From positions 15,686,001 through 15,750,000 of the forward strand of contig NC_043008.1 of the NCBI RefSeq assembly GCF_006345805.1: a stretch of DNA of 64,000 nucleotides, read 5' to 3'. Positions 14,038 through 27,674 of this stretch are shown one piece after another. Position numbers and translations under genes: made by a program. The notes under the pieces were generated by a model. That model was not told the DNA's origin. It made no database searches and saw only the letters and a list, made by a program, of their open reading frames with translations. Positions within the stretch are counted from its first letter, which is position 1; every line of letters starts with the position of its first letter. Origin of the DNA: Octopus sinensis. Lineage: Eukaryota.

Positions 14038-14383
14038 TTTTTACTTGTTTCATTCATACGACTGCAGCCATGCTGGTGCACCACTTTTAGTCTAAGAAAT
14101 CGACCCTAGGAGCTATTCTTTGTTAGCCTAGTACTTATCATATCGGTCTCTCTTGTTGAAACGCTAACTTTCAGGGTCATAAACACACCGACATCGCTCC
14201 CACACATACACACATATAACTACGGGTTTCGTTCAGTTTCCATCTAAGAAACCCATTCACAAGGCTTTGGTCGGCCCGAGGCTTTAGTACAAAAGATTTG
14301 CCCAAGTTTGCATGCAGTGGGACTGAACTCGGAACAATGTGGTTGGAAAGTAAGCTTCTTACAACCCAGCCATGCTAGCGCCT
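14038..14383 (-). mobile_element. SINE family A, diverged
   Basis: Matches family A. Confidence 0.85.
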
Positions 14384-14516
14384 ATAATTATAAATGAATA
14401 TCAATCACAATTTGTAACAAATCTTAAAATTATCCTCTGCAAAATACTGCATGAAATTTCAGTTTCGTTTGTAGACTGTTGGCATCATACGATGGCAAGA
14501 AACGTCCCTTCATAGC

Positions 14517-14548
<32 letters not shown>

Positions 14549-14557
14549 TATATATAT

Positions 14558-14648
<91 letters not shown>

Positions 14649-14653
14649 GATAA

Positions 14654-14710
<57 letters not shown>

Positions 14711-14850
14711 GATAGATAGATAGATAGATTGAGAGATAGATAGATAGATTGCCTGTATGAGTCGCTTATTTGAAATTTTGTCAACAGAGAGCAGATATCA
14801 ATTCTCCCTAATAATTCTGAGTAGTTTCCCCGAGATTGAAGCTAGTGTAA

Positions 14851-15486
14851 TACGACACCCTATTATACATTCGTGTATGTGTGAGTGTGCATTTATTTAT
14901 ACGTCCTGCGTTAGGATCTTCATTAACCTGCTTGAATGTATTCCTGAGTTTAATTTATACAACGGTGTTCAGAAAATACTTTCGAATGGGAAGGAAAGTT
15001 GTGTTTTCCGAACAGAGGGAACTGGTAAAAGAAGATTTGGTTCAAGAAGACATTCAAAATTTGAGTATCTTAGATGACATCATTAAAGTCTCGATATCAG
15101 AAGCTCTAGATATTTTATCTTCTAACCAGATCACGAATAGACTTTGATTTAATTAGCATCGTTACTGGCAGTTTCCACTATTACGGAATTTGTCCGTTAA
15201 AACACATAATTATTCCTATCATTTCAGCCACTGGATCTGTAGGGTCATGTGTTCCGCAGCAGTAGTTGCAGTTCCAATAATTAGACATAAGTACAGGGAT
15301 ACAAACTGATGAAAAGATAAGCAGAGGTTTGATAAAATTCGACGAATTTGAGTTGTGGGTAGTTATTTTCTTTCGAAAGAATTTGTATTACTTTCGATAA
15401 CAGAAATCTTTTCTCAGATGATATCATCAATAATTCATGTATTCTACAAAAAGCTGTCTCTTAAAATTATGTTATATAATGGATAG
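14851..15486 (+). pseudogene. Stop-interrupted single reading frame, possibly an LRR/Toll-like receptor remnant
   Basis: About 210 codons in one frame with 4 TGA and 1 internal TAG; LDILSSNQIT, FPLLRNLSV, a hydrophobic AAVVAVPII followed by RHKYR, and VGSYFLSKEFVL (loosely TIR box-1-like). Confidence 0.28.
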
Positions 15487-15527
15487 AACTGTAAATAGAT
15501 TTGACTGAAACTCCATTTGCGTTGGTG

Positions 15528-15570
<43 letters not shown>

Positions 15571-15718
15571 TATATATTATATAATATGTATGTATTAGAC
15601 TTAGATATACGAGAGAGAGAGAGATACATACATATATAGGCTTATGTATATGCATACATAAGTAAGATTAACTATCCATATACATGCCACAGACACATGT
15701 ATACATATACATACATAT

Positions 15719-15761
<43 letters not shown>

Positions 15762-16009
15762 CATGTGTGTATATATATGAACGTATCTATATATATTTGT
15801 GTATACGTATGTAAATATATACTTGTATGTACGTACGTATGTCTGTGTCTGTGTGTGTGTGTGTCTAGAAATGTATGTGTGCACAAAATTATGTTTGCAT
15901 TTATTTATGTAATTATGCATGAATTTATGGATGGATGGATGATGAATGAATATATGAAAGGCAGGTGAAAAATACCTACATATATTGAAAACACCGCTAT
16001 TACTATTAG

Positions 16010-16201
16010 TCATTCTTCTTCTTCTTCTTCTTCTTCTTCTTCTTCTTCTTCTCTTCTTCTTCTTCTTCTTCTTCTTTTTCTTCTTCTTCTTCTTGTTCTC
16101 CCTCTTCTTCTTCTTCTTCTTCTTCTTCTTCTCCTCCTTCTTCTTTTTCTTCGCCTTCATTATCATTAATATTATTATCATCATCATCATCATCATCATT
16201 A

Positions 16202-16235
<34 letters not shown>

Positions 16236-16412
16236 CATTATTATTATTATTATTATTATTATTGTTGTTGTTGTTGTTGTTGTTTTTTGTTATTATTATT
16301 ATTATTATTATTATTTTATTTTTATTTTTATTTTTATCATTATTATTATTATTCGTCTTCTTCTTCTTCTTCTTCTTCTTATTATTATTATTGTTGTTAT
16401 TGTTGTTGTTAA
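16010..16412. repeat. Compound trinucleotide tract (CTT)n(ATT)n(GTT)n
   Basis: Directly visible. Confidence 0.97.
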
Positions 16413-16660
16413 TAAACTATCATATGGAACTTTACTTAGCAGGTATATTGTCATGATGTTTATTCACAATATATTTTGGCATATGTCAAGAATATAACAT
16501 GGAACTTTCCTACAACACATCAGTCCGTGTCTAAATTCCAATATTCGTTAGCCTCTCAGATGGTAGTCTGGATGCTGTCCCAATCTCAGCACTTGTTACA
16601 AGAACTATTGGCTAGATCCTAACATATCGCAATTTCCTCAATGTTTGTTTTATCCACTCT
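16413..16660 (-). mobile_element. Old R4/Dong-like LINE 3' end abutting the trinucleotide tract
   Basis: Minus-strand PIVLVTSAEIG...LTNIGI..TDVL*ESS resembles the REL-LINE C-terminus; followed by CAA/TAA repeats. Confidence 0.28.
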
Positions 16661-16966
16661 ATTATGATACTGTATTTCTCATCTTTACAATTCTATCTAG
16701 CCTACTTGCTTTAAAAAATGTTCAAGTCTTTATAGAGGCGCCCCATAAAATCCCGTAAAAACTACTTAAAACTAGAGCATTTAGATTGAGCTCATGCCAC
16801 TTATCTGCTATTTGGAATCCGCACATTCAACGCATTATATTTTCCCTCAAATTTTCTATACTCCACTGATACAATTTTCATGTTAGCTTACTGCATTCAC
16901 TTAATTGATGCTTAATATTTCCGTTTTCTTTCTCACAAAGGTTTATATACACATAATACACACACG

Positions 16967-17007
<41 letters not shown>

Positions 17008-17072
17008 AATAATGTTCCTCTGTCCTTACTCTTAGTTAAGTTTTGAAGAGTGCATTTCGGTTTTAACAGCTT

Positions 17073-17136
<64 letters not shown>

Positions 17137-17295
17137 GTATATGAAAACGTGAGTTGTGCTGGAACAATGTCTTCTGCGTTCATATCAGCTATCATGTAAC
17201 ATGAATATGCAAAATTTTGACATAATTTATTGTATATCAATTACATATAATATGGCGCCACACAAATCTTTGTATTGCATATAATGTCGTGAACG

Positions 17296-17412
<117 letters not shown>

Positions 17413-17799
17413 ATCTATCTATCTGTATATATATTTACACATGTATAGGATAGTATATAATACTATTATGACATATAATGACGTTATGTTGTTCTTGAAA
17501 CTTGAGACAGCAGCATGTTCTCCTTTAACTACCGAAAAATTATTAATACGACAATTTAGAATGTCAAATATTTCTAGATCTCAATTGTTTTGACATTATC
17601 TTTTTATACATACATGCATACGTAAGTGAACACAGGTCAACACATTCATAATCAAAGCTGCAGAAATAGCGAATTTCGAATGCGTTAAAAGGTAACGTAA
17701 TGCATTGGTAGAGTGACAAATCTAGAAATCAGGTAGACCAAGACAGTCGGAAGGACAAGGATAGTCCGTGTGAAATAGCGAATATAGAAACAAGGATAA

Positions 17800-17920
17800 A
17801 AGACAAAGTATAAACGAACGTGATGACGGGCAAAACAATTATATTAATTTACGCTCGGTGAAAGGACGGAACTGCTAACGTTTCGAACATGGCTCTTCGT
17901 TGGAAAGGAGAAAGCAAACC
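17800..17920 (-). mobile_element. Penelope-like terminal remnant with a decayed minimal hammerhead motif
   Basis: Minus strand CCAACGAAGAGCCATGTTCGAAACGTT resembles CTGACGAAGAGC..GCTCGAAACGT; core is mutated. Confidence 0.35.
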
Positions 17921-18016
17921 GTCTCTCTTTTATTCTTTGTTTCTTTTTCTTTTTCTCACTTTCGGATTTTTTTTATTCGTTTTCTGAATTGTTCGCTCGT
18001 TTAAGTTGTGTATATA

Positions 18017-18430
18017 TGGCTGTGTGGTAAGTAGCTTGCTTACCATCCACATCAATACGGGTTCGGTCCCACTGCGTGACACCTTGGGTAAAAGGTGTCA
18101 TCTTCTATATATTCGAGCTGACAAGATCCTTGCGAGTGGATTTGGTAGACGGAAAATGAATGAAGCCCGTCGTATATATATATATATGTATATGTGTGTG
18201 TGTGGTATGTATGTGTGTGTGTTTGTGTATCTGTGTTTGTCGCCCCAACATCGCTTGACAATGTATGCTGGCATGTTTACGACCCCGTGACTTATCCGTT
18301 CGGCTAAAGAGACCGATAGATTAAAAACTAGGCTTACAAAGAATGAGTCCTGGCGCCGATTTGCTCAACTAAAGGCGATGGTCCGGCATGGCCGCAGTCA
18401 AATGACTGAAACAAGTAAAACAATAAAAAA
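18017..18430 (+). mobile_element. SINE family A
   Basis: Matches family A. Confidence 0.87.
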
Positions 18431-18445
18431 ACATACATATATATA

Positions 18446-18480
<35 letters not shown>

Positions 18481-18563
18481 CAAAGATATATATATATATA
18501 TATATATATAGTAAAGTCTATTTGCCAACACAAAGTGGCAGTCCAACATAGGACGGCATTACC

Positions 18564-18586
18564 AGTATTTAGCCCCAGGAAAACAT

Positions 18587-18621
<35 letters not shown>

Positions 18622-18665
18622 GCTGACAGCTAACTAGAAAAGATGTTTTCCTGGGGCTAAATACT
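18564..18665. repeat. Perfect 23-bp inverted repeat around a TA-rich spacer
   Basis: AGTATTTAGCCCCAGGAAAACAT (18564-18586) and its reverse complement (18643-18665). Confidence 0.92.
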
Positions 18666-19156
18666 AGGAACACCGTGTGCATTTATACATCTGTGAATTG
18701 TCTGGTGCGAAGTACGCTATGGTTAGATATTTTAATGTATTACACAATATTTCAAGATTATTATAGTTCTACATTGCTCTAATGTCTTTAAATATAAACT
18801 TACCTATATTTTATTGAAAGATATAATACATGTGACGCACACGCATTCTTACGGTAATTGTTTGAGCTGCAGTTTTCATCTAATGCATTTTAAACGCAAG
18901 AAAATATATATCTTTCGATCTATTGGCTGCCGCATGACACTTTTTTCGTAACTTTTTCTACACAAAATATTATAATTGTATTATACACTCAATCGTACAT
19001 ACATACATACCTACATTTATATGTATATATATATACAAAGATATATATATATATACATATATACACACACATATATATATATATATATACATATATACGC
19101 ATATATACATATATACATATATACATATATACACACATATATATACTTATATACAG

Positions 19157-19200
<44 letters not shown>

Positions 19201-19209
19201 TACATATAT

Positions 19210-19260
<51 letters not shown>

Positions 19261-19804
19261 TACATACATACATGCATATATGTGTGTGTATGTATACATA
19301 CATACTCACGCTAATTTCGAACAGTGAGAATAAGTGCTCAAGCACGTCATTGGTGGATAAATATCCTTTATTTATGCAATTCATGCTTGTGTGACAACAT
19401 GGGTGTCTTCATTTTAATACGTTATTTTCTCACGTAGCTGAATTTGTGGTTGTAGGAGTTAGGACAGGATGTATTAAGAATGTCAACATTTTAAGAATTT
19501 TCTCTTTCTGCTCTTACCACCAAATAAAATCATTAAATGCATGTTGGTAGTTCTGTGTTTAATGCTTTGATCTATAAGATAAATTCTAGTTAGTATTGTC
19601 TTACTTTTATTTTGAAATATTTTTTAAATAGATTTTGTTGTCTTAAAACGTACAACGCACTTCATGTGAAAGTTCTAAATGTCTAGTCTAATTACGTATT
19701 ATGACATGTTCAGATGAATTTATCCTAAAACATTCATATGTTCGATGGTGCCTTCAAGTAATGATATCTGAGGAAGCTGATGGACTATAGGATTTTTACA
19801 TATT

Positions 19805-20150
19805 TCCATATAAAAAAAGGTAAGGATCGCTTTCGGTCATGAATGGCCAGGGGATGGGGCTTAGTAAGTTTTCCCCTGTGGTATAAATATGGGAAAGTTT
19901 GCTTATGTAATACCAGCGGTCGACCATGCATACCAAACTTCCCTGTCCACGTCACAGATATTATCAAAGGAAAAGGCAATGGCTGAGACAGCTTGGCATT
20001 AGTGACGTTGCAACTCATTTCGACAGCTGAATGGACTGCAGTAACGTGAAATAAAGTATCTTGATCAAGAACACAACGCACAGGCCTGTCGGGGAATCGA
20101 ACTCACTACCTCATGATTGTGAGTCCGACGCTCTAACCACTGAACCAGGT
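19805..20150 (-). mobile_element. tRNA-derived SINE family C
   Basis: Minus strand GGTTCAGTGGTTAGAGCGTCGGACTCACAATCATGAGGTAGTGAGTTCGATTCCC (A and B boxes), then a CORE-like GTGTTCTTGATCAAGATACTT. Confidence 0.75.
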
Positions 20151-20322
20151 AACTTCATATATTATGATATGATTGCATGATATTGTGTAAATCGCATAAC
20201 ATTGTACAAGACATGAAATAAAATCTTTGTGATTATACAAATAACTGCAATGTCAATTTGACTTCTTTCCTATTTTAAAGTACTCAGACACGAATACATG
20301 CATACATATATGTATGCATGTA

Positions 20323-20364
<42 letters not shown>

Positions 20365-21364
20365 ATATATTCGACAATAAGGAGAAAATCGACATAGAAA
20401 AGTCGAGTGAAATTTCCATGGGGAATGATCCAACGTTTCTTTCAGAGACTGTCTTTAGGGTATCATTACAAGAGGGAAATAAAAGAAAATTCTGGTGTTT
20501 TATATTCTCTCTGCGTGAGGAAGTAGTCGCAAGTTATGAAAGGAAACGTGAGTTTCATACGTTCTTATAAAATTGCAGGAGAGAAAAATTTGGTGAGCGA
20601 GTTTGAAGCAAAAGATAAATGAAATACAGAGTAAAGAGCGAATATGAGTGTGAGGTACAAGGAAAATTGAGTTAAGAGTAATGTTGAAGGCTGAGAAAGG
20701 GATTACTAAACTAAAACCAGGTACAGAAGGAAACAAAAAACGTACTTTTAATTTAATCCGGTCGATGACATATACGATGTTCTAATATGTAGTGCTGAGT
20801 GTTCTGTGTCCTTGACTACCAAGGATTGCTAAAAATTCTTGGTTTTAAGTAAGAGAAAATACAGGAGGAAGTGTTGATTATGATTTTATTAAAATATTCC
20901 CCTATTTGATTCACACACATATTGAAACGGTCCTTCTGTTTTTCTAAGCCCTGTAAAAGAAATCGGGAGTTTAGGCCTTCAACCAGGCCTCTCACACTGC
21001 AACGAACAAAATTCAACAACCCTTCACTAACCCGTTGAACCCACGCACAAAGTTCACGACCAACTCGGTCGCAGATGATTATAACAACGGTGAAAAATAT
21101 ATCAGTGTTATTGATGCATTTAGGCAATTCTATGTCTGTATTATCAGACAATTGAAAAAAAAAAACGTGTTTTAAAAAATTCAAAACTCTGCAAAAACCC
21201 GGTACAAATTCTTCATGGTTCCAAGCATTGCTTACTTTTTGCTCAACCTAATATATATTTACACACACACGCACACACACACTCACACACACATACACAC
21301 ACATACACACTCACAGATACACACTAATATATATAATATATCTATCTCTGTCTGTCTGTCTTCT

Positions 21365-21570
21365 GTCTGTTTCTCTCTATATATATTTCTTTATTGCCCA
21401 CAAGGGGTTAAACACAGAGGGGACAAACAATGACAGACAAAGGGATTAAGTCGATTACATCAACACCAGTGCGTAACTGCTACTATATATATCGACCCCG
21501 AAATGATTAAAGGCAAAGTGACGGCAGACGAAATATCGCTAAGCTAACGGTTCTGCCAGTTCGCCGCCAT
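21365..21570 (-). mobile_element. SINE family B, internally deleted
   Basis: Matches family B head and tail. Confidence 0.8.
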
Positions 21571-22628
21571 TCTGTCTCTCTATATATACATATATGTACA
21601 TATTATGTATTCATCAGAGAAAGACCTTATGGTGCCATCATTGTCACGTTGGGTCTGTATCACACGGACCCATCCCACGGGTTTTATTCCTTCCCGCCCT
21701 CATGGCACGTTGTTTAGCACTGACTACTCACCCTTTGTTTATATATGTTTATATATGGCTACTTATTATATAATAGCTAATTATTTAGCAACAATTATCT
21801 AAAACATGCCTGAATACTTACGTAAAGGAGAATAATGTATGCTATATGTAAAGCAATTGCTGCTTTCAAATTTTAACATCAGCTACTCTAAATGCTGAAT
21901 AACGTACGCACCTAAGCACACACACACACATATACATGCACACACATACATGCATATATGCAGCATGTATGTGTATCTATGTATGTATTTTATCAAGATG
22001 TATATATCGTAGTAATGTGTATGCAAGTATGTTAGCAACGTGTATGTACGTGTTTTTTTCAGATATTCAGTTTAATACAATTATCTTCCCATTTATATTT
22101 TCTAATCTATTTACCTATGTTCATTTCCGATCTTTCTTCCCCTGATTTTTTTCCTCGCAAATTTTTTTTTTCTCGTTCAGTTTTAGTTTTTACATTATGC
22201 TACATTCTGCGTCGTCTTCATTTCATTTTCTTTTTTTTTTCTTCCCCCGTTTTATAACTTCTCCGCATTCGCCTATTCTTCCTATGTGTTACTTTCTATG
22301 CACAAAAAAGAAGATGACGAGGAAATAAAGAAATTCCCAACGTTAAGCATCCATCAATTTCACCTACAGGGAACAGAGAAGAAGAAGGGAAAAAACATGC
22401 CTTTGATGGATTTTAATTCAAACTAACGACTTTTGTTGCGGTACTAATTTTATATAGCTTCAGAAATATGCTACTGGTAATTTATCAAGTCTGCTATACA
22501 CGGTCAATAACCTTCTTAATACAGCTACATATTTCATTAACATACTACTACTACTACTACTACTACTGCTACTACTAGTGCTCCTGGGGTAGCAGATCTC
22601 AAGCGCAGTATTTCACTGGTACTTTATA

Positions 22629-22660
<32 letters not shown>

Positions 22661-22734
22661 TGATGATGATGATGATGATGATGATAATAGTAATGATTTC
22701 AAATTGTGACTTAAAGTCAACAGTGTTTCATTTG

Positions 22735-22945
22735 AGGGGAGGGTTAAGTTGATTGTATCGACCTCACTGCTGAAGTGGTAATTATTTTGATGACTCCGAA
22801 AAGAGGAAAGACAAAGTCGAACCTCGCCGGAATTTGAAACTGAGACCGTAAAGACGGACGAAAACCCGTTAACCTTTTTCTCCAGCTTGCTAACGATTCT
22901 CCCAGGTCACCCCTCCTAAATCGGCGAGCTGGCAGAGTCGCTAGC
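22735..22945 (-). mobile_element. SINE family B, diverged
   Basis: Matches family B. Confidence 0.7.
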
Positions 22946-23399
22946 ACTTTGAAGTAAACGCTTAGTGGCTTCTCTTTAGTATCATTACGCTCTGAATTCG
23001 AATTTTACTTTTCATCACAGTAGAATATACTACCCGTCAAGGGTAGAAATTTGCAGTCTTCTATCAAAAGTGGAAACGTCTATTAGTGTTTAAATTGTTA
23101 ATGCGATTGCTAAGTTGTGACCATTTTTTTCGGCTGTGGATTCATGTGTTTTGTTTCATTTTACTACCAAAATATTCTGCAGAATCTAAACAGGTATCTC
23201 GTTTCCCAGTCCTGAATTAAAGGTTCTTGTTTCAATATAAATGCCAAGTACCTGGAACGTGTTCATATTTTCGAACTAGATCTGTTTGTATTGTTATTCG
23301 CAGCTCAGAATAGCTTCAGACTTGGAAGGATGATGCATCTACCACATTGTGGTAAACAGACGTCGAATAACATGAACAACAAAAATAAGAGCAACAGAA

Positions 23400-23468
23400 T
23401 GCTACTGCTGCTGCTACACCTCCTACTACTACTACTACAACAACAAAATAATAATAATAATAATAATA

Positions 23469-23504
<36 letters not shown>

Positions 23505-23541
23505 TAACATCAATAATAATAATAGTAATAATAATAATAAT

Positions 23542-23576
<35 letters not shown>

Positions 23577-23592
23577 TAATAATAATAATGAC
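23400..23592. repeat. (CTA)n/(TAA)n microsatellite
   Basis: Directly visible. Confidence 0.95.
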
Positions 23593-24719
23593 GTAAACTA
23601 ACTTCTCCCCGCCAATTATATTTTAAAACAAATAATTTATTATGGTGACATTTAGCAGACAGAGCTTCAGGCACAAACAATAGATTTACACAATGGAAAA
23701 CACAAACGTGTACAATGTTCAAAACAGTATGTTCAAAGAAACAAGGAAATGAGACACTATGTGGGGTATATATATATATGGAGAAATCATTGCCTTCTTG
23801 CTTGAAGAATTTCTCCAGTAAACAATGAGGTGACTACTGCCGTACGAATGTATCATGAATGACAGAATGAGTTTCCATGTATCCTAGAAAAAGTGTGGAT
23901 GGAAAGGGATCTGAGCGAACGGTAGGAATGGATGCATGTCCGACCAGTAAAGGACGTATGTAAGACTTTATATGGAGTTTCATACCAAAATTGCTAAGGA
24001 AAAGAGGCAGAGATTATGATCTACGTACCTGGCAAGAGGCTGGTTAGAGAGTCTGTAAGAAAAAGGAATATAATCCTCTCAGTAAGAGGTTCTGATACTG
24101 ACGTTGAATACCTGGACTATGATCTGCTCTGCTGCTCATATCAGTGATGTTTTGTTTCGATTCGTGTTTTCTGTTGGAGTGTGAACTGATCTCCATGTTC
24201 TGAAAACACAACTAAAACTACAGAGCCTACTTGAAAATCTATCATATCGACTGTAACAAGATCTGATAGGTGTTGAAGGGCGAGATTGTCTGTTATTAAG
24301 GCGGACTGAAGTGGAGAAATGAAAAAGAAAGCAAAAACAGAGAAGAGATCTACGCTGTGAAAACGATCGTTTACTTCTGAACTATAAAACGCTGTTCCCT
24401 GAAAGTTCAAGACGTTGCTGCTCAATCAATTGCTTCCTGTTGTTGTCGTTGATTATATCCATACCAAGACGGATACAGAAAAACAAAAGTTAAAATAGAC
24501 TACATAGAAATGACTAACTCATGAATTTTCCAAGTACAGGGCATCTAGTGTTAGGGTATCACGATATTTGAATGCACGAGTGAGCTTATTGTTTCGTTTT
24601 CAGTGTTATGTAACCAGCAAGTATTTTAGTTTCCTGGATATATGCAGAGTTTGTTTATTGAACTTAAACAGACTACTTTTTATAATCTTTGCTTGTCGAA
24701 TAGCAGGGCGTGCCAAGAA

Positions 24720-25370
24720 AAAAAAATGAAACCCAGAATTTTGCAATATTTTATTCACTTAATTTGACATGTTTACAGGTTTTTCGCTTTCAAAGTATTC
24801 TCCATTTGAAGCAAGACATCTGTCTTGACGCGTTTTCCACTGTTCGAAGCAGTCCTAGAACTGTTGCTAAGTGATGCCTTTTACCGCCTCCGTCGTTGTT
24901 TTCTTCACCACTTCCACAAAGCGCTTTCATTTCAGGACTTTTTTCATTCGGGGTAACAAAAGATTGACCCAAGGAGCAAGATCGGGCGAATAGGAAGGAT
25001 GGGTAAGGGGGATCAAGTGAGGCTGGTTTTCAAGTGAAAACTGACCATCCCTAAAGCGTAAAAACACACGTAAGCTTGTGTTTTGATGATGTCAGTGTCC
25101 TTGTAAGTTGTTCGACACACCACAATTGTTTCCGCAGCCATTTTCCTTAGCAGAAAACAGAGTTTCACGGAAGTACGCCGCTCTTTCGTTTCAGCCATCG
25201 CAGAAATCGAGGAACAAGGGAGAAACACTGCAAGACAAAGACACACCACGTGGTCATCGATGGTTCGTAGGCTGATACCGAGGGTTGCATCAAATGGCTG
25301 CTAGCGACGAAAGTCTGAACTACAACGGGCTTGCCCTACAGAGAATATTTCCGGTTAGTTTTGGGTTAAG
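24720..25370 (-). mobile_element. Mariner element with a large internal deletion
   Basis: N-terminus MAETKERRTSVKLCFLLRK.AAET (ATG at 25198) joined to C-terminus HPSYSPDLAP...FEQWKTRQDRCLASNGEYFE; weak terminal inverted similarity. Confidence 0.85.
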
Positions 25371-25539
25371 TTGATTTTTTATATGCACACAAATACACAT
25401 AATCGCCTGCGCACACACTCACGCATACACACGCATATGGCCTTCCAGCGACAACTCTCTCCAGCAAGTGTTTCACCACTGTCTCCAGCAGCTTCGTTTT
25501 ATACCTGTCTGTTTTGGGAGTAAGTGTCTGTTCCCCTGC

Positions 25540-25870
25540 CATGTTTTACAACCTTTACAGCATTCATACAGTACTAAGCAACTGTCATGATGTCGGCATT
25601 TTGAATCATGGCATGAACCATCAGCGCATTGGTAACTCTTTTCCAATATTGGTATAGCTTCCAGTCCACGACATCAATTGCTTTTCCACAACTACAACTA
25701 TAATATTTATGCACAAACACCGTTGACTGATCGCTAATGCACCAAGCTGTTTTCTGACGAAGAGAATTAAATATCTTCGAAATAGCCCTAACCAACTGTA
25801 CATATATTTGTCTGTGTGCGGCTTTGCCTCTTCTTTTGTTACTGCACCACGCTCCTTAACAATCAATGTT
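25540..25870 (-). mobile_element. Degraded piggyBac-like transposase C-terminal fragment
   Basis: DQSTVFVHKYYS..GKAIDVVDWKLYQY resembles the piggyBac QP..V..YN..MGGVD..D motif. Confidence 0.35.
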
Positions 25871-25879
25871 TCGTTGTTT

Positions 25880-26050
25880 ATGTGCCTAGCAACTTAGTAG
25901 CTCACCCGGTAGAATAGTACCAGACTTAAAACACATAACTCTAATCTAGTCGATTTGTTCCACGAAGTCACTTCAAGACGGTGACCTAGCATGACCGCAG
26001 TCCGATCACTAAAGAAAAACTCGAAAGATACAACGTAGCAAGTAAGAGAT
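25880..26050 (+). mobile_element. SINE family A 3' half, highly diverged
   Basis: AGCATGACCGCAGTC tail remnant. Confidence 0.55.
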
Positions 26051-26989
26051 AGTTATTATTGTTATCGCACGATTCACAGCAAAATGTCATTGTCAATAGA
26101 AGCGATAAATAGGGGGCGAATGAAAGAAACGCTAGATTGCTGCCTACAATACAATGCGGTAAATACTTTCCTTTGATTCCTATCTTCAAATCCTTATAAT
26201 CTTCCCTGGAATTCACCATATACTTTCAGAGTCAAGGCCTACCTTGATTTAATCCCCCAAATCCCTCTTACAAGCTTTCTAGCTTTGTGACCATCTAAGA
26301 AGCCATTTTGAATTATACTGTATACTGTTCGTAGTAGCATTAGTAGTAACAGAGGCAGCTATTATCAAAATAGTAGTAGCAATAATATTAGTAGTAATAG
26401 TAGTAGTAGTAGTGGTGTTGGTGTTGGTGGTAGTAGTGTTGTTTGTTTGATAAGAATTACTACCAACAAATTACATTAAAGACGGCGAGTAGCATTGAAT
26501 AGAGTAGCAGGTGAGGCATTTGAAGTCTACAAAGCCAGCTATTAGGATTAAACAGACATGCGTGGCTACAATGCTAACTTGATGGGAAGAATGGCGCTCC
26601 AAACTAGACACATATATTAGCATATTTGTACATATACATATAAATGTACATATACATATTTGTGTATGCATGAAGTACACCTCGTATACACAGCTCATGC
26701 TTGCACACATGCCTTTTGATGAAAAATATCCAATTACTTAATGCAATGTGACTTAATCTATAATGTGACGGAGTCAAATGTCAGGAGAGTAAGAAGCACT
26801 ATTGTTTTCGATTTGAAACCGATGTATTTTTATTTCGCTGCTGCCTTTCCTCAATAGGTAAATCAGTACAGAAGCGGAATTGCTATTCCGAAAATTAGAA
26901 TCACACAAAGAGACAATCAAATACATAGGCATGCGTATACGTTTACACTCAAGCTACGATAATAAAAGGAGTGTGTGTGTGTGGTAGAC

Positions 26990-27022
<33 letters not shown>

Positions 27023-27371
27023 GAGTGTGTGTGTGTATTATAAACGTTTATTGTTTGTGCATATACAGATAGTTATGTACACTAACATATACACAGACAT
27101 ATGTATGCATATATATTTATCCACATGTCAACTTCAAAGATATACATGTATTCCTATGCGGGTGCATATATCTTTATATATATATATAAATAATTTCAAG
27201 ATATCACTATTTGGTTTAACTTCCTTATTGCAACGAATACAATTCCATGTCGCGAACAACTCGCCAGACTTGACTTCACTTAAACGGATATTCTAAAAAC
27301 AATTTGGAGTTTGTTATATACGGCTCGAATCGAATGTTGTGGTACAGTGCACTGCTTGTTAGCGTGGCACT

Positions 27372-27655
27372 ATATATACAAACAGAGTGCAAGGGGTATT
27401 TGAGGACATTTCGTTTTTAGTTCATTACACTTCCAAATTATTTAATGTATCAGAGTTTTTTTTTTTTTCAGATCATCCTTTCAAGATATCATGCTAACTC
27501 AAGAAATGAAAAGACATGCACTCACGGTTGCTATACATGCAAACCAAAAGTGATTTAGAAATTAGCAATTTTCTAAATGCTGCAAGATCATTTGTACACA
27601 AGCTTCAGATGGAATTGGAGGCATGTGATGTTGATGTTTCACCTGTATGAAAGTG
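27372..27655 (+). mobile_element. Tc1/mariner-type (probably DD37D-like) transposase 5' fragment
   Basis: ATG at 27491: MLTQEMKRHALTVAIHAN.SDLEISNFLNAARSFVHKL..ELEA, an HTH-like N-terminus recalled from cephalopod Tc1-like elements. Confidence 0.6.
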
Positions 27656-27674
27656 AATAAAAATAACATATTTT

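Noticed and set aside
15235-15280. Minus-strand CNYCCGTH zinc-knuckle-like motif
   Set aside because: Incomplete CCHC spacing and no flanking gag or pol sequence
15672-16497. Long poly-I/L/F/K/R ORFs on both strands
   Set aside because: Compound trinucleotide repeats
20085-20150. SINE heads (also 45335-45399) as functional tRNA genes
   Set aside because: They lack a complete acceptor stem and are followed by SINE bodies
23760-24480. Several short ORFs and splice-like signals on both strands
   Set aside because: No consistent phase or recognisable protein; implied introns are too short
25294-25353. Apparent first exon MAASDESLNYNGLALQRIFP|gttagt and an apparent bidirectional promoter
   Set aside because: It lies in the 5' non-coding end of the minus-strand mariner, and the opposing ATG region is the transposase N-terminus
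26866-26902. GGAAT-TGCT-ATTCC-GAAA hairpin resembling hammerhead stem II
   Set aside because: The CUGANGA core has two mismatches and no stem III or stem I can be formed
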